A stretch of DNA of 44,651 bases, taken from the IMG/VR virus record IMGVR_UViG_3300042691_019384, positions 1 to 44,651 of that record, one strand, 5' to 3'. Origin of the DNA: a virus (taxonomy: Duplodnaviria > Heunggongvirae > Uroviricota > Caudoviricetes). The notes below the pieces were generated by a model, which was not told the DNA's origin, searched no databases, and was given only the letters and a program-made list of their open reading frames with translations. Made by a program: the position numbers and the translations under genes. Below are positions 29,491-36,092 of the stretch, one piece after another (the first letter of the stretch is position 1; every line of letters begins with the position of its first letter).

Positions 29491-29544
29491 AGTAATTTAT
29501 TTTTTTTAGTTAATTGTTATTTTTTTATTTTTGTTATTGTTAAT

Positions 29545-29552
29545 AATAAATA
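29545..29552 (-). promoter_or_regulatory. Putative late promoter (TATTTATT on the minus strand)
   Basis: aataaata on the + strand, 54 nt upstream of the tube gene start. Confidence 0.45.
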
Positions 29553-29625
29553 TGTTAAAAGAAAAAAAGTATTGATTTTTTATAAATAATAATTTTTTTT
29601 TTATATTTTATTTGTTATTTGTTTC

Positions 29626-29657
29626 TTTGTTATATTTAAAAAAAAGTAGTAAATTTG
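29626..29657 (+). promoter_or_regulatory. Bacteroidota-type promoter (TTTG-N20-TAAATTTG) for nrdA
   Basis: TTTG at 29626-29629 and TAAATTTG at 29650-29657; ATG at 29665. Confidence 0.65.
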
Positions 29658-29664
29658 TAATTAT

Positions 29665-31146
29665 ATGAGAATATTAAAGAGAGATAAAACGACACAGGCA
29701 TTTATGCCAAATAAGATTCTAAGTAGAATAAAAGGTCAATCAAATGGATTAAAAATTGATTCTGATTCATTATTTCAAGAGGTTATACCATTGATAACGG
29801 ATAACATAACAACAACTGAGATTGACGAGATAATAGCGTTTAAAGCGGCTGACAAGATAATACAACACCCAGATTATTCATTACTTGGTGGTAGGATTTT
29901 ATTAAGTAGACAATCTAAATTAATTGGTAAAGAATTAAAACCAGTTGATTTAACATATGATTTTTTTGCTGCAACAACTTTTTTAACTAAATATTCTAAA
30001 AGAGATTCTAATAAAAACCCTATTGAATTACCATCATGTATGTATGAAAGGGTTGCAAATCATTTACATGGTGATAATGAAGAGTTAAGAAATAATTTAA
30101 TAAATGAGCTTAATTTAAAAAGAATTAATTTTGCCACACCAATTTATACCAATGCTGGTATTGATAAACGAGGTGGTATGATTTCTTGTAACTTAACACA
30201 TTTAGAAGGGGATAGCTTTCAAGAAATAGAAAACACATTAACGATGATATCAGCAGCATCTAAAGAAGGTTCTGGTATTGGGTTATTGGTTGACCCATTA
30301 AGAAGCAAAGAAAGTGTTGTAGAATCTTTTCAAGGTAATGCTGGTGGTATTGTTAGATTTGCTGACATGGTACAATCAAAAATGAGATTTTATAAACAAG
30401 GTTCTCGTTCTGGTAGTTGCGCTTTATATTTATCTGTTTGGCATAAAGATATTATTGATTTCTTAGAATTAACATTACCAATTGGGGATGAACAATTAAG
30501 AACACGTGATTTATTTACAGCTGTTGTAATAAATGATTTGTTTATGGAGAGATTAGAAACTGGTGGTGATTGGTATTTATTTTGTCCTAATGATATTAAA
30601 AAAGCTGGATTAAGACCATTATATGATTTATATGGTACTGAATTTAATGAAGAGTATGAAAAAGCTGTTAATCTAGGTATAGGTAAGAAAGTAAATCCTA
30701 AAGAAATATTTGACTCTATTATTAAATCTCAAGTTGAGAGTGGCAGACCTTATGTTATGTATAAAGACAACGCTAACAAAAGAAATATGCAATCAAATAT
30801 TGGTCCAATTAAAATGAGTAATCTATGCATATCTGAAGATTCAATAATAGACATAATTTTAGATAATGAAGAACATAAGGTTGATATCAAAACATTAAAT
30901 GAATTATTTAAAGTCAATAAGAATATATTAGTTAAATCTTATAATATTGAAAACGATATTATAGAATACAAACAGCTATTAGCATCAGCTATGACTAGTA
31001 AAGATGCAGAAGTTTTAGAAATAATAGATGATAAAACAAATAAAAAACTAATATGCACACCAGAACATAAAATATATACAATTAATAGAGGGTATGTTAT
31101 GGCTAAAGACTTAATTGAAAACGATATGTTAAAAATATTACAATAA
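29665..31146 (+). CDS. nrdA: Ribonucleotide reductase alpha subunit, N-terminal half, fused to split intein N-fragment
   Basis: ATP-cone-like start, FATP, MISC (C225-equivalent), GRSGSCALYL and GRPYVMYKDNAN motifs; ends MSNL followed by intein block A (CISEDS). Confidence 0.95.
   Translation: MRILKRDKTTQAFMPNKILSRIKGQSNGLKIDSDSLFQEVIPLITDNITTTEIDEIIAFKAADKIIQHPDYSLLGGRILLSRQSKLIGKELKPVDLTYDFFAATTFLTKYSKRDSNKNPIELPSCMYERVANHLHGDNEELRNNLINELNLKRINFATPIYTNAGIDKRGGMISCNLTHLEGDSFQEIENTLTMISAASKEGSGIGLLVDPLRSKESVVESFQGNAGGIVRFADMVQSKMRFYKQGSRSGSCALYLSVWHKDIIDFLELTLPIGDEQLRTRDLFTAVVINDLFMERLETGGDWYLFCPNDIKKAGLRPLYDLYGTEFNEEYEKAVNLGIGKKVNPKEIFDSIIKSQVESGRPYVMYKDNANKRNMQSNIGPIKMSNLCISEDSIIDIILDNEEHKVDIKTLNELFKVNKNILVKSYNIENDIIEYKQLLASAMTSKDAEVLEIIDDKTNKKLICTPEHKIYTINRGYVMAKDLIENDMLKILQ
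30826..31143 (+). mobile_element. Split intein, N-fragment (106 aa)
   Basis: Starts at Cys388 (CISEDSIID), contains block B CTPEHKIYT and NRGYVMAKDL..D.L, then stops; no endonuclease domain inside. Confidence 0.95.
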
Positions 31147-31153
31147 CCTAAAC

Positions 31154-31205
31154 ATAAATTGGTCTTTTTAATAAATTAAAATATTTATTAAAAAGACCAA
31201 TTTAT
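31154..31205 (+). promoter_or_regulatory. Perfect 23-bp hairpin abutting the endonuclease start codon, containing a TATTTATT late-promoter motif (31182-31189)
   Basis: ataaattggtctttttaataaat (31154-31176), a 6-nt loop, then its exact reverse complement (31183-31205); ATG at 31206. Confidence 0.85.
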
Positions 31206-32243
31206 ATGATAAAAAAACACACAAAAATAAATGAATTAATTAATAACAAAGATTTTATAACGTTATTTGATTCAGAATTAATTAAATATATTGATAAAAT
31301 AATAAAAGATGTATATCAAAAACACAAAGCTTTGAAAAACTTATATTTAAATAACGTATTAACATTTGATAATTTTAAGAATTGTTACTCAAATAACAAC
31401 ATATTAAAAATATGGAAGAACGGTAGATTTGCATGGCCTGATGACTGCGTTAATTTTTTTAAGGGTTATCATAGTAAAGGTAAATTAAGACCAGAACATT
31501 CTGAAAAGATGAAAATAAAAATGAAGGGTATTAATAGAGGCGATTCGTTTAGAGAAACAAAAAAAATTCAAAACTCTAGTATTAATTTTAAAATAAAATT
31601 TTTAAATAATAAAAACATAGATACAACATTAAAAACGGAAGATGAAATAAATAAATTATATGGATTAACAATTTCAGATTTAAGAAAATCAAAACAATAT
31701 AAGATAAAAAAGGTTAAAAATTTTTTAAAATCTAATAAATATTTAAATGAAACGATATTTTTAAACTTTAAGAATGAAATTAATGATATTAATATATGTG
31801 ATGAAAATATAAATACTATACACACAAAAATGATGTCAATAATATCAACTATTAGCATGAATAGGAATGAAAATATGGGGTCAACAAAATTCTTTAAAAC
31901 TGGTTTTATTAAAGTAAAGAATTGTTTAAATAAAAGTATAATAAGGTATAGAAGTTCTTGGGAATTTAAAACAATAGAATTTTTAGAACTAAATAATATA
32001 ATATATAGTTATGAACCTTTTTATATTGAAAAGGAAAACGGTACGTTATACTTACCAGATTTTTTAATCGAATATAATGGTGAAAAAATATTATTAGAGA
32101 TTAAAGGGTTTATTAGGGGTGTAAAAGGAAAATTAAATGAAGAAATGAAAATTAATGCCGCTAAAAAATATTGTAATGAAAATAAAATAAGATACGTATA
32201 CCTAAAAAAAGTATTAACAAACATAAATGAAATAATAAAATAA
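31206..32243 (+). CDS. Free-standing putative homing endonuclease, PD-(D/E)XK TnsA-N-like
   Basis: C-terminal YRSSWE..YEPF.I..YLPDFLI..LLEIKG..K..AA..C motif; NUMOD3-like RPEHSEKMKIKMKG; sits between the two nrdA halves. Confidence 0.75.
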   Translation: MIKKHTKINELINNKDFITLFDSELIKYIDKIIKDVYQKHKALKNLYLNNVLTFDNFKNCYSNNNILKIWKNGRFAWPDDCVNFFKGYHSKGKLRPEHSEKMKIKMKGINRGDSFRETKKIQNSSINFKIKFLNNKNIDTTLKTEDEINKLYGLTISDLRKSKQYKIKKVKNFLKSNKYLNETIFLNFKNEINDINICDENINTIHTKMMSIISTISMNRNENMGSTKFFKTGFIKVKNCLNKSIIRYRSSWEFKTIEFLELNNIIYSYEPFYIEKENGTLYLPDFLIEYNGEKILLEIKGFIRGVKGKLNEEMKINAAKKYCNENKIRYVYLKKVLTNINEIIK

Positions 32244-32244
32244 T

Positions 32245-32346
32245 ATGGGGATTAAAATAAGAAAAATCGAGACAACATTACCAGTATATGATTTAACGAT
32301 AGATGGTAATAATAATTTTTTTGCAAATGGAATACTTATCCACAAC
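32245..32346 (+). mobile_element. Split intein, C-fragment (34 aa)
   Basis: MGIKIRKIETTLPVYDLTIDGNNNFFANGILIHN, with blocks F and G, terminal His-Asn and +1 Cys at 32347-32349. Confidence 0.95.
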
Positions 32347-33339
32347 TGTGCAGAAATTTTCCAGGCCAGCTCACCAAGAAAAACATCTCAATGCACATTA
32401 GCATCAATTAATTTATCTGAACATGATGATATTGATACAATAGAAACATCAACAAAGATATTGGTTAGAGGATTAAATGAGGTTATAAATAAAAATAAAT
32501 GGAGTGATGAATGGAGCGAATCTGCTGGTTTAGAACAAAGAGCATTAGCAATTGGTGTAGCTGGTTTAGCTGATTTCTTTGCAAAGAAAAAAATATCTTT
32601 TGAAAGTGAAGAAGCTAAAGAATGGACACATAAGATATTTGAAACAATGTATAAATCAGCAATTATTGAATCAATGACAATTGCTGAAGAACTTGGTGTT
32701 AATTATCCAGCTTGGGAAGGTAGTTTATATTCAAAGGGTGAAACATATATTGAAGGATGGTCACCAAAACCAAATGGAGAACCAATACCATTGTATAACA
32801 GTTTGTTATTAGGATTAATGCCTACAGCTACCAGTGCGATTTTATTAGGTGTTTTTGAATCATTTGAACCTGTAACATCAAATTTATTTACAAGGCGTGT
32901 TGGTCAAGGTGAGTTTTTGGTTATCAACAAATATCTTGTTAATGAATTGCTTGAAAATAATCTTTGGGATGTTGAAATGATTGATAAGGTTATTAAGAAT
33001 AAGGGAAGTATACAGAACATTACTGAAATACCTGAAGAGGTTAGGTATAGGTATAAAGATGTATGGGAAATACCACAAAGAGTTTTATTAGATTTAGCTA
33101 TAATTAGAAACAAATATGTTGACCAATCACAGTCATTAAATGTTTATCATTCTGATGCTAAATATGGTAAAATTGCCAGTGCATTAATGTATGCTTGGAA
33201 AGGTGGATTAAAAACTGGTGTTTATTATACTAGAACAAAATCAAAGCTTGACACTAATACAAAATTAGCTTCAACACAAATAACCGTTACCAAAAAACCA
33301 ACCGACAGTCAATTTGAATGTTTTGGTTGTTCAAGTTAA
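32245..33339 (+). CDS. nrdA: Split intein C-fragment fused to the ribonucleotide reductase alpha subunit C-terminal half
   Basis: After HN|CAEI: QCTLASINL (C462-equivalent), RALAIGVAGLAD, LMPTATSA, QSQSLN, GLKTGVYY and terminal CFGC. Confidence 0.95.
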   Translation: MGIKIRKIETTLPVYDLTIDGNNNFFANGILIHNCAEIFQASSPRKTSQCTLASINLSEHDDIDTIETSTKILVRGLNEVINKNKWSDEWSESAGLEQRALAIGVAGLADFFAKKKISFESEEAKEWTHKIFETMYKSAIIESMTIAEELGVNYPAWEGSLYSKGETYIEGWSPKPNGEPIPLYNSLLLGLMPTATSAILLGVFESFEPVTSNLFTRRVGQGEFLVINKYLVNELLENNLWDVEMIDKVIKNKGSIQNITEIPEEVRYRYKDVWEIPQRVLLDLAIIRNKYVDQSQSLNVYHSDAKYGKIASALMYAWKGGLKTGVYYTRTKSKLDTNTKLASTQITVTKKPTDSQFECFGCSS

Positions 33340-33361
33340 AATAATAATAAATAACACAAAC

Positions 33362-33394
33362 AAAAAACCACAAATATTTGTGGTTTTTTTTTTT
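33362..33394 (+). terminator. nrdA terminator, also the first element of the cassette repeat
   Basis: Perfect 28-nt palindrome aaaaaaccacaaatatttgtggtttttt, with a run of 11 T. Confidence 0.85.
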
Positions 33395-33527
33395 CTTAAT
33401 GTATTTATTATAAAACATAAAAAAGATATGAAAAAAGTTGTAAGAATTAAAGAAAGTGAATTGGTTAATTTAATCGATAAAATTATCACAGAAACTACTA
33501 GAAAAAGAAAAATTACTGAAGGCGTTA
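33362..33527 (+). repeat. Cassette 5' repeat, copy 1 (terminator + TATTTATT at 33402-33409 + 33-codon leader)
   Basis: Aligns with 34446-34610; coding differences are mostly synonymous. Confidence 0.95.
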
Positions 33528-34411
33528 CAATACCAACAAAAGATGTTAGCGGTTGGTCATTAAAAGATAAATTAGAGGATGTACATGGTAAAGTTGGTCA
33601 AGGTTCTATTTTTGCTAAATCTATTGATGATGTTTTAAATATAGTTCAAGACACATTAAATAAAAGAAATGATATTGATAAAATTGCTAATACAACTGGA
33701 ACAGTAAATATTAAAGTACCAAATATTGGTTACAATTTGGTACTACCAATAGAAGATGCTAAAAAATTACCTAATGCTCAAGAAACTGAAGTTGAGAAAA
33801 TTGAAGGTCCTAATAAAATAAAAGTACCAGCAATTAAAACAACAGCACCAATAAACCAATTTAGAACAGATGAATTAACAATAATCGTTAGACCAAAAAA
33901 AGATGAAAAAGGCACTGCAATACCTAATGAATATATTGTATTATCCGCTTTCCCAGGAGACCCAAATATACCAAGAACATCAGAATGGGGTGGAAGATAT
34001 GCTGTTATTATACCTGATTCTAAAGAAATAAATGAAAATAAAAAAGTTGTAAGAATTAAAGAAAGTGATTTGGTTAATTTAATCGATAAAATTATTACAG
34101 AATCAAATAAAACTATTAGACAAATGATTAATGAAGAAGAATATTATCATAGAGGACAAGATGGAACTCAATCTGTTATTATTCCAGATAATTTAGGTGA
34201 AGTAAATTCTGAAGATTTTGCTTATGCTTTAGAATCTTATGGTCAAGGGTCGATGGATGAACGAGATTTTCAAGTCGGTGTAGAATATACAATTATTGTT
34301 ACATCTCAAAGTGGTGATGAACCCACTAAAGAAGTTACTTTTAAACTTAAAAAATCTAATGGCGATAAATTAGAAGTTGATAAAGATTCTATATCAACTG
34401 ATATTTTGTAA
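33428..34411 (+). CDS. Cassette 1: leader + domain A (possible RNase-toxin-like) + internal leader copy + domain B
   Basis: Start reassigned to ATG 33428 (327 aa) from the repeat structure; the leader sequence recurs in frame at 34040-34102. Confidence 0.75.
   Translation: MKKVVRIKESELVNLIDKIITETTRKRKITEGVTIPTKDVSGWSLKDKLEDVHGKVGQGSIFAKSIDDVLNIVQDTLNKRNDIDKIANTTGTVNIKVPNIGYNLVLPIEDAKKLPNAQETEVEKIEGPNKIKVPAIKTTAPINQFRTDELTIIVRPKKDEKGTAIPNEYIVLSAFPGDPNIPRTSEWGGRYAVIIPDSKEINENKKVVRIKESDLVNLIDKIITESNKTIRQMINEEEYYHRGQDGTQSVIIPDNLGEVNSEDFAYALESYGQGSMDERDFQVGVEYTIIVTSQSGDEPTKEVTFKLKKSNGDKLEVDKDSISTDIL
34040..34102 (+). repeat. Internal in-frame copy of the leader coding sequence
   Basis: aaaaaagttgtaagaattaaagaaagtgatttggttaatttaatcgataaaattattacagaa encodes KKVVRIKESDLVNLIDKIITE. 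Confidence 0.95.
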
Positions 34412-34445
34412 AATTATTGAGAATATAATGGTATTACACAAATGA

Positions 34446-34610
34446 AAAAAACCACAAAATTTGTGGTTTTTTTTTTTCTTAATATATTTATTATAAAACA
34501 TAAAAAAGATATGAAAAAAGTTGTAAGAATTAAAGAAAGTGAATTGGTTAATTTAATCGATAAGATTATTACAGAAACTACCAGAAAACAAAAGATTACT
34601 GAAGGTGTTA
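34446..34610 (+). repeat. Cassette 5' repeat, copy 2 (TATTTATT at 34485-34492)
   Basis: 34457-34610 matches 35181-35334 at 152 of 154 nt by manual alignment. Confidence 0.95.
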
Positions 34611-35056
34611 GAAACTTAGCTGGAAAACAGATTATTAATGAAGAAATGGTTTTGAAAGAAGATGCTTTAGTATTAAAAAATTACGGTAAACAATTATATT
34701 CTTTATTTAAAAAAGAAGGAGCGACACCACTTCTAGATTTTGGTGGTAAAAAAGTAACAAGTCCAGATGTTAAAAATCAAAACGTTTTTATTAGTGCTTA
34801 TGGTGATGTATTACATGTTGATATTAGGGGTGTTAATAAAGCTAATGCTCAAAAATACGGTAATTTAGTTGCTAAGCAATTTCCAGACCTAGAACTAAAA
34901 AAAGGATTAAGTGGTGAATATATAGAGATTGGAAGCGGATGGGGTGGTGAAGAAAAAGATTCTTATGCCAGACTTACCCTAGGTCCTAAAACAACAAGAA
35001 AGGGTGGAGAGGTAAATCCAAATCAAAGACCCAATGCACCGAAACCACAAGCTTAA
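34511..35056 (+). CDS. Cassette 2: leader + unknown cargo domain
   Basis: Start reassigned to ATG 34511 (181 aa). Confidence 0.75.
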   Translation: MKKVVRIKESELVNLIDKIITETTRKQKITEGVRNLAGKQIINEEMVLKEDALVLKNYGKQLYSLFKKEGATPLLDFGGKKVTSPDVKNQNVFISAYGDVLHVDIRGVNKANAQKYGNLVAKQFPDLELKKGLSGEYIEIGSGWGGEEKDSYARLTLGPKTTRKGGEVNPNQRPNAPKPQA

Positions 35057-35120
35057 CAACAAAAAGTTAGTGAAAATTTAAGAATAAAAAATTATTTTAA
35101 ATAACCTACCACAAAAAAAG

Positions 35121-35160
35121 AATAAAACCTCTAAATAACATTAGGGGTTTTTTTATTTAT
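35121..35160 (+). repeat. Cassette 3' repeat with terminator, copy 1
   Basis: aataaaacctctaaataacattaggggtttttttatttat, identical to 35570-35609; contains a hairpin and T-run. Confidence 0.95.
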
Positions 35161-35180
35161 TAGTAAATAAAAAAATAATT

Positions 35181-35334
35181 AAATTTGTGGTTTTTTTTTT
35201 TCTTAATGTATTTATTATAAAACATAAAAAAGATATGAAAAAAGTTGTAAGAATTAAAGAAAGTGAATTGGTTAATTTAATCGATAAGATTATTACAGAA
35301 ACTACCAGAAAACAAAAGATTACTGAAGGGGTTA
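35181..35334 (+). repeat. Cassette 5' repeat, copy 3 (half hairpin only; TATTTATT at 35209-35216)
   Basis: Begins at the centre of the terminator palindrome (aaatttgtgg); otherwise near-identical to copy 2. Confidence 0.95.
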
Positions 35335-35552
35335 TTAAGGAAGATGAGATTGGTATGTTCCACGACCCAAGAATGAATTCAATCCATTCTTTTAAAGACG
35401 ATGATGATAAATGGGAAAATGGTGCATTGTGGGTTAGAATCACAATGTTAAAAAATATTATAGGTATTAAAGATGATGAAATTGCTAAAATAAATGCCGT
35501 AAATTTAGAGAATAAAACTTGGGATGAAGTTAAAAAAATATTTAATAAATAA
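35235..35552 (+). CDS. Cassette 3: leader + short unknown cargo domain
   Basis: Start reassigned to ATG 35235 (105 aa). Confidence 0.75.
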   Translation: MKKVVRIKESELVNLIDKIITETTRKQKITEGVIKEDEIGMFHDPRMNSIHSFKDDDDKWENGALWVRITMLKNIIGIKDDEIAKINAVNLENKTWDEVKKIFNK

Positions 35553-35569
35553 CCCCACCACACAAAAAT

Positions 35570-35609
35570 AATAAAACCTCTAAATAACATTAGGGGTTTT
35601 TTTATTTAT
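35570..35609 (+). repeat. Cassette 3' repeat with terminator, copy 2
   Basis: 40-nt exact repeat of 35121-35160. Confidence 0.95.
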
Positions 35610-35628
35610 ATAAAATTATGTTTTAATA

Positions 35629-35636
35629 TATTTATA
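35629..35636 (+). promoter_or_regulatory. Putative late promoter (TATTTATA)
   Basis: Motif 12 nt upstream of the gp25-like ATG. Confidence 0.55.
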
Positions 35637-35648
35637 AAATAAAGATAT

Positions 35649-36035
35649 ATGGCTAGCAAGAGATATATAAATATTAATTTTCCGTTTAAGAATAGTCCAG
35701 AGGGTTTTTTTCTTGATTTAACGACAACAGATAATGCTGCAATTAAAGCTGATTTAATGCATTTAATATTAACAAGAAAGGGTCAGAGATTATATAATCC
35801 AGATTTTGGTACTAATTTATTATTATATATATTTGAACCAAATGATAGTATCACATATAGTGACTTACAAGATGAAATATCAACAACAGTAAAAAAATAT
35901 TTCCCCACAATTAATATTGATAATTTATCAGTTACAGAAGATGAAGAAAGAGAATATACCGCTGTAATAAAATTAGAATACACAATTAATGACGGTGTTT
36001 TTACAGCAAGAGATTTTATTATAGTTAAAATATAA
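35649..36035 (+). CDS. Baseplate wedge subunit (T4 gp25-like)
   Basis: FPF..DL..IKADL.HLILTRKGQRLYNPDFGTNLLLYIFEP motif; 128 aa. Confidence 0.9.
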   Translation: MASKRYININFPFKNSPEGFFLDLTTTDNAAIKADLMHLILTRKGQRLYNPDFGTNLLLYIFEPNDSITYSDLQDEISTTVKKYFPTINIDNLSVTEDEEREYTAVIKLEYTINDGVFTARDFIIVKI

Positions 36036-36072
36036 CAAAAAATAATTATTCATTAATTTTTTTCATGCTATA

Positions 36073-36080
36073 TATTTATA
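36073..36080 (+). promoter_or_regulatory. Putative late promoter (TATTTATA)
   Basis: Motif 12 nt upstream of the gp6-like ATG. Confidence 0.55.
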
Positions 36081-36092
36081 ATTAAAAATATT

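Noticed and set aside
31144-31146. Sequencing error or pseudogenisation as the cause of the nrdA break
   Set aside because: The stop falls at the usual natural split point of such inteins, the C-fragment has its own ATG, and all catalytic motifs are intact.
31147-32244. Group I or II intron interrupting nrdA (the two halves happen to share a reading frame)
   Set aside because: Only 59 nt and 1 nt of non-coding sequence flank the endonuclease ORF, leaving no room for a ribozyme core, and both halves carry complete split-intein motifs. The shared frame has a 1-in-3 chance.
33314-35234. N-terminal extensions of the three cassette ORFs (starts 33314, 34442, 35187) with a hydrophobic FVVFFFL segment
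   Set aside because: The extension is the translated terminator T-run and promoter. The shared ATG 18 nt after TATTTATT is the better start, so this is not a signal peptide.
33362-35609. CRISPR array or diversity-generating retroelement explanation for the repeats
   Set aside because: Repeats are 150+ nt with coding spacers of 0.2-0.5 kb. Differences are mostly synonymous rather than adenine-specific, and no cas or reverse transcriptase gene is in the window.
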